The notes beneath the pieces are model-generated. The model was not told the DNA's origin and made no database searches. It saw nothing but the letters and a program-made list of their open reading frames with translations. This document shows positions 19,417-29,786 of a stretch of 64,000 bases of DNA, piece by piece (positions within the stretch are counted from its first letter, which is position 1; every line of letters starts with the position of its first letter). The stretch comes from Trypanosoma brucei (lineage: Eukaryota): contig CH464491.1 of assembly GCA_000002445.1 (NCBI GenBank), forward strand, positions 2,336,001-2,400,000, written 5' to 3'. The translations under genes were made by a program, and so were the position numbers.

Positions 19417-19968
19417 CAGAACCACGAACTTTTGCGCGGCAACGTTCCTGCAACTCTTGCCTCAAGTCGAGAGAGGAGTTGAAAAAAAGAAAGGTGTGTG
19501 ACACGTGATCTTTGGTCTTTCACGCCATGTGATGTCAGGATCACGCTACCGTGGACAGAGGGAATAGACTTGAATGGTAGAACTCAGTTTTTAGCTTTTC
19601 TCCCATTGTTCTTCGACACTTTTTTACGGCCGTCGGTAACCACTACAGTTTGAGTCGCACCTGCTGTTTCTAACATAAAGGGGAGTTTTGCCCTACTTCT
19701 CAGTGTGTGGTGTTTCAGCAAGTTGAAGAAGAAAGGGAAAGGATATCTCAGTTCTCCGGTTTGTGGGCCCTTCTAAGAATTGATGCGCTGCTGCGGTCAT
19801 TGTGCCACCACACTTCCCGCTAACTGGTGGAACGTACATCATCCCCTCTATATTCCTAAAACCCCCTTTATAACCTACTCCTTCCCTTCTTTTTATTACA
19901 TGCGTTACCTGCGGGAAAGTAACGGCCCCCGCCGGTTACCCACGTCGTAGGTCCTCCATGCAGAATAG

Positions 19969-21831
19969 ATGGAAGAGGTCAGTAACGTGGTGAAGACTTA
20001 CTACGAAGTGATTGGAAAGAAGGATGAGGACATCTTCGAGCTCTACCGTGACAACAGGCGGCTACAAAAACAACTAGATGAAACGTTAACCGGCGAAGAG
20101 GATCGTGAGGCCGAGCGGCGGATTCTAAAGTTGCTTGTTGCGGCGTTACAGACAGAACTGAAAGAAAAGCATCTGTTCATTCAGGAGCAGGAAAGGGAAA
20201 GGAATGCGCTGCAGAGTGCCCTCGTGCGGGCTCGTGAGGCGCTCAACATGAACTCCGAGTTGGATCACCCCGCCAATGACGTTGTAGATTCCCTCATCGC
20301 CCATTATATGATGTGCTACGAGTTGCAGACACAACTACGGGCACTCCTACAGGTCTCCATAAATAATTGTACAGCTGCGCGATTTATGCTAATGGAAAAT
20401 GAGGAACGGGAACGCCGTATCATCGCAGAAACCAGTGAGTTATCGTATACCACTATAGTTTCGTCGGCTCAACACACGCGGGCCGCTATTATACAACGGG
20501 ACCTGCTGCGGTTAGAATACGAGGATGTAGAGCGGGAGCACCGTCAGAAGGAGGAGCTCGTTCGGAAGCAGCACTTGGTGGAGCATCATCGACAGGAAAG
20601 GCTTTTGGAAATGTGGCAGGAGAAGGCAAACACGGCCGTTGACAGTCTCATGTTGCACCAGACTCTGACGGTTCATGAAAGGAAAGAGAAGGAGCTGTTG
20701 ATGGAGGGCGCAAGCGCTCGTCTCGATTTGATGGCGGAACAGAGTGCCGATTTACTTCGAATTTTGGCGTTTATCTTCAGGTCATTTCGGCGTTTTGATG
20801 AGCAGCTGCAGGAGGCCCACGGGAGGGCGGCTGAAGCACAAAAGAAGACTGAGAAGATGCAAATTAGTCTTTCCCAGGCGCGAGCCTGCGTCCGTGTATT
20901 GCAACACCCGGAAAGGACGGAAGTTAATACCCGTGCATTAGATAAAAGTGATTTTAGGGATAGGACGGATGAAGGCAACCCTCATCCGCTGTCACTGCTT
21001 TCGATCGATCGGCAGGGGGAATGTGCCGACCTGCATGCGTTGCGAGAGGAACACGCGGCACTCAAAACAGAATGGCAGAAGTACGTCGAGCGGGAACGTA
21101 TGATGCGACAGCAGTTGGTTTTAGCAACAAACCGCCACAGGGTGGAGAGGGACGACCTGGAGGCCAAAGCTGCAGAAGAACAACGTCGGCATGCAGTCCT
21201 CACCGTGGAGGTGAAGCGCACGAAAAAAGACATGAGGCAACGTACGAAGGAAGTGCGCCAGCTGCAGCAGCAGCTGCAAGATGTGCGAATGGAACTGGAA
21301 CGTAGTGTGGACCGTTGCCGCGATCTGGAGGGCCTTAACGATACCTTAAAAGAGAAGAATACTGTACTTCAAGACCGCGTGGAGACACAGCAAAAAGAAC
21401 ATGCCCTACGTGAAGAGCAGCTACAAGATCAAGTACGCACGAAGGAGACGTGGTGGGATGAAAAGAACCGCACGTATCAGGAGCACATCGCGTCCCTCCA
21501 GCAGCAACTCCGTGATGACAAAGACGGGTTTTTGAAGGAATTGAAAGAATGGACTGTTGTTCTTGACGATGCGCAAAGGAAGATTGCAGCAGCGGAGGGT
21601 GAGCGTGACAAGGAGAGGGCGCTGCGCTGTATGATGGAAGAACAGCACAGGGACGAGATTCGGCTGATTAAAAATGTCACGAACAACGAAAAAATGAAGT
21701 TGACGCGAGCGCTGCAAAAGAAAATTGGCAAACTCGAGATGGCTTGCAGGCGCAGCGCCGACGTCATTGCAGAACTACGTGAGGCGCTGCACCGAAGCAA
21801 AGGCGCTGCCGTAGATGATATAATGTTGTGA
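19969..21831 (+). CDS. Long coiled-coil protein (hypothetical)
   Basis: 620 aa, dominated by heptad-like E/R/K/L/Q-rich sequence (for example LQQQLQDVRMELERSVDRCRDLEGLNDTLKEKNTVLQDRVETQQKEH). ATG start, preceded by a poly-Y tract at ~19840-19900. Confidence 0.55.
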   Translation: MEEVSNVVKTYYEVIGKKDEDIFELYRDNRRLQKQLDETLTGEEDREAERRILKLLVAALQTELKEKHLFIQEQERERNALQSALVRAREALNMNSELDHPANDVVDSLIAHYMMCYELQTQLRALLQVSINNCTAARFMLMENEERERRIIAETSELSYTTIVSSAQHTRAAIIQRDLLRLEYEDVEREHRQKEELVRKQHLVEHHRQERLLEMWQEKANTAVDSLMLHQTLTVHERKEKELLMEGASARLDLMAEQSADLLRILAFIFRSFRRFDEQLQEAHGRAAEAQKKTEKMQISLSQARACVRVLQHPERTEVNTRALDKSDFRDRTDEGNPHPLSLLSIDRQGECADLHALREEHAALKTEWQKYVERERMMRQQLVLATNRHRVERDDLEAKAAEEQRRHAVLTVEVKRTKKDMRQRTKEVRQLQQQLQDVRMELERSVDRCRDLEGLNDTLKEKNTVLQDRVETQQKEHALREEQLQDQVRTKETWWDEKNRTYQEHIASLQQQLRDDKDGFLKELKEWTVVLDDAQRKIAAAEGERDKERALRCMMEEQHRDEIRLIKNVTNNEKMKLTRALQKKIGKLEMACRRSADVIAELREALHRSKGAAVDDIML

Positions 21832-22006
21832 ATGTTGTATAGCTGTCCCAAGCTACCTCTTTTTTTTCTACATATCACTGTACAGTCACATGCTACTCAA
21901 CCCACGCTGTGAAGGGCGATGGGGCCGTCCTTTGTAATGTGTTAATTGTGTATTGCCAGTTTAGCACAGTGTTTGCACATGAGTTACCTTGGACCACCAT
22001 TTTCCT

Positions 22007-22078
22007 TCTTCAATGATCTATTCCTTTTCCACTTTTTCCCCCGCTGTCTTTTCTCCCCGCTCTCCTTCTGCATTGCCT
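22007..22078 (+). promoter_or_regulatory. Polypyrimidine tract upstream of the eIF4A-family gene (putative splice-acceptor signal)
   Basis: ttttccttcttcaatgatctattccttttccactttttcccccgctgtcttttctccccgctctccttctgc, about 120 nt upstream of ATG 22200. Confidence 0.5.
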
Positions 22079-22199
22079 GACACCTGAAAATAAGTGGTAT
22101 TACCCACAGGAAGTTGACAGAGGCCTGCGGACAACAGAGCGCAGCAACTTACGAAAAAAAATAATATATAACACACTAGTCGGGCGGCGCAGGAAAGCA

Positions 22200-23405
22200 A
22201 TGACAGCAACCGCAAGGAGTGACGAGGAGGAGCGGGCGGGTCTTCATGAGGAGACGGATATGCAGGCAAATGTTCCAACCATACCCACTTTCGAAGCTAT
22301 GGGGTTAAAAAAAGATCTGCTTCACGGTATGTATGGCTACGGTTACAAGAAACCTACCGCCATCCAGAAGCGCTTCGTTGCGCCGTTCCTACAGTCGCGG
22401 GATCTGGTAGCACAGGCATCGTCAGGCTCGGGAAAGACTTCAGCATTCTGTATTTGTCTTTTGCAGGCAAGTGAACCCACATTACGTGAGACACAGGGAC
22501 TTGTTCTGAGCCCCACAAGGGAGCTGGCACTACAAACTCAGGACTTGTGCAATAACATAGGCCATTACATGGGCATCTCTGCTTATGCCGCCATTGGGGG
22601 GAAAAGCATAGAAGATGATCTCCGGCGCTTAGAGAGTGGCGTGCAGATCGTGTCTGGTACCCCCGGCCGCGTGTTTGATATGATTAAGCGCCGTCATCTG
22701 CGTGTTAATCATCTCAAAACACTTGTTTTGGATGAGGCGGACGAAATGCTTGGAAAGGGGTTTAAAGCACAGATACATGATATTTACCGTATGATTCCGC
22801 CACTTCAAGTAGTACTTGTATCTGCTACCTTGCCGGTGGATGTGCTGGATATGACTGAGAAGTTCATGACAGAACCAGTGCGCATTCTTGTGAAGCGCGA
22901 CGAGATCACTGTAGATTCCATTATGCAGTACTTCGTTTCCGTGGATGAAGAAAAGAATAAATTTGATACATTATGTGATTTGTACGATACTCTGACCATT
23001 GCTCATGCCGTGATATTCTGCAATACCCGCAAGAAAGTAGAGCAACTCGCGAAGAAAATGACCAAGGAGAAATTCACCGTTAGTTTCATGCATGGAGATA
23101 TGCCCCAGGCGGAGCGGGATGAGATTATGCGAAACTTCCGCGAGGGCAAAAGTCGTGTGTTGATTTCAACGGACTTGTGGTCACGCGGTATTGATGTCGA
23201 GCAGATATCGCTGGTACTCAACTACGACTTGCCCTTCTCCCGTGAACAGTACATCCATCGTATTGGTCGCACGGGGCGAATGGGGCGGAAGGGGCTGGCA
23301 ATTAGTTTTGTGAAGCACGATGAACTGAGGCTGTTGCGTGACATTGAGCAGTTCTACGCCACACAAATTGAAGAACTACCAGCAAACGTCGGTGAACAGT
23401 TCTAA
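22200..23405 (+). CDS. eIF4A-family DEAD-box RNA helicase (401 aa; eIF4AIII-like by my reading, paralog assignment uncertain)
   Basis: Complete DEAD-box motif set: Q-motif region TAIQKR, motif I ASSGSGKT, Ia [37 protein letters not shown]. The size and the N-terminal [28 protein letters not shown] are typical of eIF4A proteins. Confidence 0.88.
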   Translation: MTATARSDEEERAGLHEETDMQANVPTIPTFEAMGLKKDLLHGMYGYGYKKPTAIQKRFVAPFLQSRDLVAQASSGSGKTSAFCICLLQASEPTLRETQGLVLSPTRELALQTQDLCNNIGHYMGISAYAAIGGKSIEDDLRRLESGVQIVSGTPGRVFDMIKRRHLRVNHLKTLVLDEADEMLGKGFKAQIHDIYRMIPPLQVVLVSATLPVDVLDMTEKFMTEPVRILVKRDEITVDSIMQYFVSVDEEKNKFDTLCDLYDTLTIAHAVIFCNTRKKVEQLAKKMTKEKFTVSFMHGDMPQAERDEIMRNFREGKSRVLISTDLWSRGIDVEQISLVLNYDLPFSREQYIHRIGRTGRMGRKGLAISFVKHDELRLLRDIEQFYATQIEELPANVGEQF

Positions 23406-24386
23406 CTGTGGGGGAAGCCAGGAAGTGGTCAAATAGCTTAGTGGAAGTGAGGTACTCGTGGATCGTGTGGTTCAGATACTGTGACATGGAGGATGGATGC
23501 ACGACTTTACATAAAAAACTTTTAGGGAGAAAGAAATCTGGGGGCGGACAAAGAACGGTGTCGCTTAAAGGAAATGAAAAAGGAAGAATACGTGATGAGG
23601 AGGAAAGGGGCGAAAAAGCAAATAAGCAACAGTAAAACAATAATGATTGTCGGAATTACAATCGTAGTTGGGGCATCCATACCCTGTGCGAAGGCAGAGA
23701 CTAAGCTCCCGCTCCCCTCTATCTCCTGTTGCCCTTCGCCCTCATTCAGGTGCAGCTCAAAGGCTACGGTGAAAGTGTAGCATGACTATGCTCCCTTGCT
23801 AAAGGGGTTCAACACTTGAGAGGAGGGGGCAAAGTAGTTTGTGCAAAGCATGTTGACAACCACGGCCGCAGTCTTCGATATGGTGATCTTTTACTTTTTT
23901 TTCCTGGGTTTCTCCAAGCGCATGCAGGTTAGCAAGAATCATTTAGGTTATGCGTGAACTGCCATTTTCCATCTCTCGATTTTTGGGCCAACAGCTGTCG
24001 ACAGCGGAGTGGTTACAGTGCAGACGCACATGCACGGAGTACTGTACAGTTTGCGATACGAAACTTTATGACGAGTGAATCAAAGAGCCATGAACAACTT
24101 TGACGAGGAGGAGCCACAACTCAAAAGAGGGGGGAGTATCTGGTGTTGCATTCCCCACAAAATCAAGCGGCGTGGTCTTACTCATTTGATACTACAGTTC
24201 AGGTGTCATGCGTTGGTGCTGATTTGCTGCGGTTGAGTCAAGGAACAGAAGAAGTGGTGAGGAGTGACATGCTCACTTTTCTTTGCCGTCGATTCGTATC
24301 TCTCACTGCAGGCTCCCACACTACGTCTCGCAGTGTACTTTCCTTCGTTCGAATCTCCTTTCACAGCATAGGAAGGTGCATATATC

Positions 24387-26108
24387 ATGGCGCTTTTATC
24401 ACTGGACGTGATTGTGCGACTTCGAAGTCGCCACGAAGAGGGAGGAGACTATGGATCACCAGTCACGCAAGAGAAGTTACGAGCGATTGAATTTGTTGTT
24501 AGAAACATGAAGTCAACGGCACCATGGCCTCCACCAGCTGCAAGCGATGGAAAGCCACTTGCCATGCCGAGCGAAGAAGCGTATGGAGCGTTAGCCCCAT
24601 CCGTGTTCTATTACGCACCCCTAGGTGGCCGTTTTTCAAAGGAGTTTCGGGAGGCGCTTCGGCGCGGAATAACTCGTCTGCTCACCGAATTAGTCTTACG
24701 ACAACTGGTTAACATGAGGCAGGAGAAAATTACTGGGGCCCGCTCCAGCGGCAATACATCCGGCATAGAATCGTTCGTCTCCTTCCGTGGGGGCTGCCAC
24801 AATAGGGAGGTGGCTTATGTGCACTGGTCACCTGGGTTGTTGAGCCTCCTTCTCTCCGCAGTGGATACAAGTGAGTTGCGTTTTGATGCGTCCCTACCAC
24901 TTGGTTCGACACTGGTTCCGTTCACTAGAGAAATGAAAGCGCCAACTGTGCAGCAGTCAACGGGCACGGAACTACTTGGTAGCCACGGTCTCCATGGGAG
25001 TATAAATTACAAGAGCGGTGGCAATGATCACGTTCACAAGTACGAGAACTTAGTCTGTCAATTGCACGCAGAAATGCAGAGAATGGAGGTCATCCAGCAG
25101 AGCTTACACGATGAGCGGACGGCGGACCGTCTTGCGGATTTTCTTTACCATTTCCATTTGAAACCAGCGGAGCAGATGCGAGAGGCTGGTGGTGATGCGC
25201 TGAAGCTGCAGCGGTATCGGGATGCGCTGGATTGCTACTGCAAGGCCCTATCCACTGTGCAAAAGGGATTGCTTGTCCCATACCGCCACGCCTTGCGACC
25301 CCCGCCATCACTGGAAGATCGCGTGGAGGGGACGATGGAGGAGGATATACTCGATGAAGCGACAGCATTTGCACTTGTAGCCAGCTCACCTTCCGCGAAA
25401 AGAGAGAGAACATTTTTGGCACCTGCAAACAGATACTTCAACACCCTTCTTCAACTTGATATCCTCGAGGCCACGGATGGGGAAGGCAAAGAGATCTGCG
25501 GCATGCGTAGTGATTCCTTGCTCTTCGGATGTCGTGCTGTCTTTCCGCGTGCGCGTCCTCTGTTCCATGTGTGGTACATGCTACACCGCCATGCAGTCGT
25601 AGCCGTTGCAAACGCGGCGCACACTCTTCTGTTATTGCAAGCAGCGCAAACCCCATCTTTCAATTCCGTGATGCCTGAGTCCGAGACATGCGTCACTGAA
25701 CTGTCATCTAAGGAACTAAGGCACAGACAGGCGCGAGCGGGGCGATGGTGTGGACGGGCACTAGGTATGCTTCAGTGTATCAATGTGTGGCTGGGTGATT
25801 GCTTTAAAAATCCAGCTGCAGAAGGCGCAGCCCCGACAAGAGAGTGGATATGGGTTCAATCAATGAGGTTCAAAATTTTACTTCGTCGGGCAAGGCTAAT
25901 GCAGCTTGTGGGGACGTTCGAGGAATGGAATCGTGCAGTTGAAGCAACGGATGAGCAACTACGCGTCCTCCAAGCCCAGTCAGATTTGTCATGCTGTGCC
26001 TCCGAAGTTCAAGGAATTTTAGACGATGTTCGTGAGCGTCTTGGGCAAGAGAGGTCTCTTCTGCAACGTAACCACGACAGAGGGAGTGGGTTGGTGTTGC
26101 GGTTATGA
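24387..26108 (+). CDS. Hypothetical protein, 573 aa (possible TPR-like helical repeats in the central region)
   Basis: A long ATG-initiated ORF, co-oriented with its neighbours. The segment GDALKLQRYRDALDCYCKAL resembles a TPR helix pair. No catalytic motif recognised. Confidence 0.5.
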   Translation: MALLSLDVIVRLRSRHEEGGDYGSPVTQEKLRAIEFVVRNMKSTAPWPPPAASDGKPLAMPSEEAYGALAPSVFYYAPLGGRFSKEFREALRRGITRLLTELVLRQLVNMRQEKITGARSSGNTSGIESFVSFRGGCHNREVAYVHWSPGLLSLLLSAVDTSELRFDASLPLGSTLVPFTREMKAPTVQQSTGTELLGSHGLHGSINYKSGGNDHVHKYENLVCQLHAEMQRMEVIQQSLHDERTADRLADFLYHFHLKPAEQMREAGGDALKLQRYRDALDCYCKALSTVQKGLLVPYRHALRPPPSLEDRVEGTMEEDILDEATAFALVASSPSAKRERTFLAPANRYFNTLLQLDILEATDGEGKEICGMRSDSLLFGCRAVFPRARPLFHVWYMLHRHAVVAVANAAHTLLLLQAAQTPSFNSVMPESETCVTELSSKELRHRQARAGRWCGRALGMLQCINVWLGDCFKNPAAEGAAPTREWIWVQSMRFKILLRRARLMQLVGTFEEWNRAVEATDEQLRVLQAQSDLSCCASEVQGILDDVRERLGQERSLLQRNHDRGSGLVLRL

Positions 26109-26483
26109 AAAGGCAGCCCTCAGTCGCATCATCTTTGCCGTATTTGCCTTCCCTACTCCAGAGTGTGTGCCCCCTATCGTTTCTCCCAATTCGGTTTCAA
26201 TATCTTCATTTCGTTTTCGAGAGACGCGATGGCTTTCTCTCTCCCTTGATTTCGTCTTTTGCCTGCCGCCGTAACCAACTCGGATTCGGGCGGTCGAGTG
26301 GGGGTCAGACCGAAGTATAGGCAAACCAGCCTACTGAATGCAGTAACGTAAAACGAAGGTGTTCGAGTAGACGTGGTCCACCAAGCACGCGGTGGGAAAA
26401 CAACCAAGAAGGTAGAAGGGGAGGGAAAAGGGCAGTCGTGCGTCGAACGCATACAAAAGGGCCGTAGCCTGCCTTGGTATGGC

Positions 26484-26501
26484 ACCACACACACACACAC
26501 C
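26484..26501. repeat. (CA)n microsatellite
   Basis: caccacacacacacacacacc, in the intergenic region upstream of the syntaxin gene. Confidence 0.9.
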
Positions 26502-26677
26502 AGTCGTGCAGACGTGTTCCATTACAGTGCTTGAAACCAAATGTGGTTATTCACCACTTGCTCTCCACTTACTTACTAGCACTAGATTGTCACTTCTGTC
26601 ACCCCGCTTCTCTCGTGGAGGGGGACCACACAAATATTTAGCGATAATCAAATAGTCCCTCAGTTCTGCAGCAGGCA

Positions 26678-27634
26678 ATGGACCGCTTGCTTCAGTTCCA
26701 CAGCCAATCCGGAGTGGGTTTCATGAGGGGCTCACCACCGCCAGGTTCATCCGGAGGCCTGTCACGGTTAACTGCCGTGGTGCCCGTCGCTGCACCCGGT
26801 TCGGTGGAGGCGGAAACGGTGACAACTCTAGAGACGTTCTTTGAGGTGGTTGCTACGGTGACTGAGTCTATCGACCGAGTAAATGTGTTAATGTGCGAAA
26901 TGTCTAAGAAGCACGAACAAGCCATGGACACAGTGAACGTGGCAAAGTGTGACGCGATTAGAAAGGAAGTTGGCGATTTGGATGACGAAATTAACAATAC
27001 AATCCAGAAGGCGTGTAAGGGGGTCGAGGATATGGAAAACCTAACGAAGAAACTCAAAGAAACTCCGGAGATGGAGGGACGGTTTGCGGGAGTTATTCGT
27101 TTAGAGGAGAACCAACGGCGGTTCGTGCTCCAGAAACTCTCGGAGACAATGGAAGGCCTGCAAAAGCGCCAGCTGGTGGCGGAGAAAAACTACCTCTCGC
27201 AGACGGAGCGGCGGATAAAAATTGCCTACAGCAATCCAGACGGAGGCGAGATGGACGACGAAACAGCCCACCAACTGGCCATGCAGGTGATGGAAAAGGG
27301 TGCAACAACAGCCATTTTCCAGCAGAGCAAAGAAGTTCTGGCTCAAATGCTTGAAACTAGGAGCGACATCTACCGCATTGAAATGTCTATGCGGTCCCTA
27401 AACCGAGTCTTCAGCGACCTGGCAATCCTTGTAGAGGAGCAGGGAGACCTCATGAATGTGATTATCAGAAACATTGACTCGACAAACTTGTACATGGAGA
27501 AAGCCCACAGGGAGCTACAACAGGCACGTGCTTACCAAAGGGCGAGTCGAAGCAAACTGATGTGTCTTCTGATGATTGGGGTTATAATCATTGCTCTTTT
27601 TGTTGCCGCTGGTTTGCTAGGGTCGTTATTGTAA
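26678..27634 (+). CDS. Syntaxin (Qa-SNARE) with a C-terminal transmembrane anchor
   Basis: An N-terminal helical Habc-like region, then a SNARE motif with the zero-layer Gln (IEMSMRSLNRVFSDLAILVEEQGDLMNVIIRNID), then a single C-terminal transmembrane segment (LMCLLMIGVIIIALFVAAGLLGSLL) two residues from the stop. Confidence 0.8.
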   Translation: MDRLLQFHSQSGVGFMRGSPPPGSSGGLSRLTAVVPVAAPGSVEAETVTTLETFFEVVATVTESIDRVNVLMCEMSKKHEQAMDTVNVAKCDAIRKEVGDLDDEINNTIQKACKGVEDMENLTKKLKETPEMEGRFAGVIRLEENQRRFVLQKLSETMEGLQKRQLVAEKNYLSQTERRIKIAYSNPDGGEMDDETAHQLAMQVMEKGATTAIFQQSKEVLAQMLETRSDIYRIEMSMRSLNRVFSDLAILVEEQGDLMNVIIRNIDSTNLYMEKAHRELQQARAYQRASRSKLMCLLMIGVIIIALFVAAGLLGSLL

Positions 27635-28319
27635 AGTAGCAGCAACCCACATGTACACACGAATATGTATGCACATGTGTGCATCTTCAGCCGTTGTGCG
27701 GTGATTGATTTGATTTCGTTTTGTTTTTTGCTTTTGCTCAATCATTTGCCCTCTACAGGATGCGAACACAAAGCGAGCATCCCCCAGGTGCTCAGAGGGA
27801 CTAGTACACAGTTGACAGTCCTGAGAGTAACTGTGGTTATTTTGGCACGCAGCGGCACTTAATCTACACCGTTACTCTCCTACCGACAGCGTTGTTTCCT
27901 TCCGTCTCGTTTCCATTACATCACATGCAGGCAGCTTGATGCAAAGAAGATGATCTGCACCGCCCATGCACTGGGGACGTGAGTAAGAAAATATATCGTG
28001 GGGTATGAGTAGGTACTTTTATTCCCTGCGTGGCCTTGTTTGCTTGTGAAACGGTTGTGGTGAATAAGGATCATGCCACAACGCTGTGTTATAAACGGTG
28101 TGGTGTAGTGCTAGAGCTTACCTTGCAGTGGTGGGAAAACTGTAGAGTGATTGGGGAGTGATTTATGTGCTGTCAGGTACAATAACGCCGGTCGCGGCGT
28201 CCTTGAAGCCTGAAGCAACGCCGTTCCTGTTGTTGGTACCGGCGGAAGTCGTCACCTCTCAGTTTCTCCACTTTGGTTCTTCATAATCACATCTACGTAT
28301 GCTCAAGTGCTACTAACTC

Positions 28320-29153
28320 ATGATAAATCAAACAGGCTTCGCAAGCGCCTTAGCCTCGCGCACAGCGTTGCGGCACTCCGCGTTACGCATGCTCCCGGTT
28401 CGTCGCGATTGTTTTACCCTTTTCTCCTGCCGCCGCTGCTTCAGTTTTTCGCGGGCACGAGCACCGCGTGTGAACTTAGAGGAGGTTCGCTTCGACAAAC
28501 AATCCGCACGGTACGCCGGTACGGTATTTGGAGTGCCTACCGACGCGGTGGTTTTCTACGCGAAAGTTGGAGCCGCTGTGGTCGGGGTTTTAATAGTGTT
28601 CTGTATTTTTGTCAAAGGCTACGGTATACTTGCTCGTCTCAACCTTGGTACTGTTGCGCGGTTGGGGTTCACGTCTGGGTTTCTTTCCTGTATGGTGCTG
28701 AATGCAGTTTTCATTGGAATAGCTAGACGGTTTCGCATCAGCCCAAACGCTGTGTACAATCAGTCCATCGCCATCGTCATGCAAAATGAGAAGGTCGTTC
28801 AGCATCTCGGCCCCCATCCACGAACAGGAGATTTTAAGGCGTACTGTCAAACCGGTGGCTTCCGATTGCCGCTAATCCGGCGCATTCGTAGCGGCTCGTA
28901 TGAGCTGTCAGACCTCCTTGGATTGAAGCCACAGAAGTTGCAAATGATGTTTGTTCTTCGAAACCAAGCAAATGGCGGTGAGGGTTTTGTTACATGTGAA
29001 GTGCGGCGGGAGACAACGGGCTTTCTAAGCTCAGCGAACACGTTCAGGTCACTCGCAGTGACGTTAACGGACCCGTCGCGCTCATCAGCGCGAACGATCG
29101 TATTAATTGGAAAGCCTGAGGACGTTGTGTATCGTGGGTTAATGAACCTGTAG
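28320..29153 (+). CDS. Hypothetical membrane protein (Arg-rich N-terminus looks like a mitochondrial presequence; 2 predicted transmembrane helices)
   Basis: A 277-codon ATG ORF. The N-terminus MINQTGFASALASRTALRHSALRMLPVRR is basic and amphipathic. Hydrophobic segments are AVVGVLIVFCIFV and FLSCMVLNAVFIGI. Confidence 0.4.
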   Translation: MINQTGFASALASRTALRHSALRMLPVRRDCFTLFSCRRCFSFSRARAPRVNLEEVRFDKQSARYAGTVFGVPTDAVVFYAKVGAAVVGVLIVFCIFVKGYGILARLNLGTVARLGFTSGFLSCMVLNAVFIGIARRFRISPNAVYNQSIAIVMQNEKVVQHLGPHPRTGDFKAYCQTGGFRLPLIRRIRSGSYELSDLLGLKPQKLQMMFVLRNQANGGEGFVTCEVRRETTGFLSSANTFRSLAVTLTDPSRSSARTIVLIGKPEDVVYRGLMNL

Positions 29154-29786
29154 AGGCGGGGAACAGTTCGTTTATGGTGCGTGTGACTGTGCACCGCATT
29201 CGTGTACGTTAAAGGCGGAAGCAATTTTACCGGAGGTGGGAACAGAATCTGCTGTCGAGATGAGATCATCGAACGGGAGAGAGCATCAAAAAAATGTTTG
29301 ACAACTTTATTTCCCAGCTTATGAGAAACACTTGTTTGATTATGAGGTGTGTAACGCTTTTGTTTCCACTTTGCCTGTATTTTCAATCCTGCTGTGCAAC
29401 ATTCGACGTGCACGACCGTAGAGGCACAGAGTAAGGGAGAAAGGATCTAGGGAGGGGAAGATAGGGCGCCCCCTCCCGTGCTTACATCGTGTGCGTTAAA
29501 ACCAGCCACCGAGGTGGCAAAGGACCGCCTAACGGCAATTATTACATGATTCGATTGTTACGGCGGTCACGTTTGGCATTGTCATCTTGAATGTAGTGTG
29601 TTCCATGTAGTTCCTCGTGCGCTACCGCACGGATGCAAACACACGAGTATCCGCATGGATGTGCTCTTCCCTTCATGTGTTGGCATCGCCGTGCAGCATG
29701 CACCGCATGCAGGACACTTTTTCTCTTTCACCTTTGCTTTGCCACTGATAGTTATAGACCCGTTCCCCAGTGCAGGGTCCCACTGC

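Noticed and set aside
26678-27634. Minus-strand ORF 26692-27057 inside the syntaxin gene
   Set aside because: It is antisense to a gene with a clear SNARE motif and C-terminal transmembrane anchor, so I treat it as spurious.
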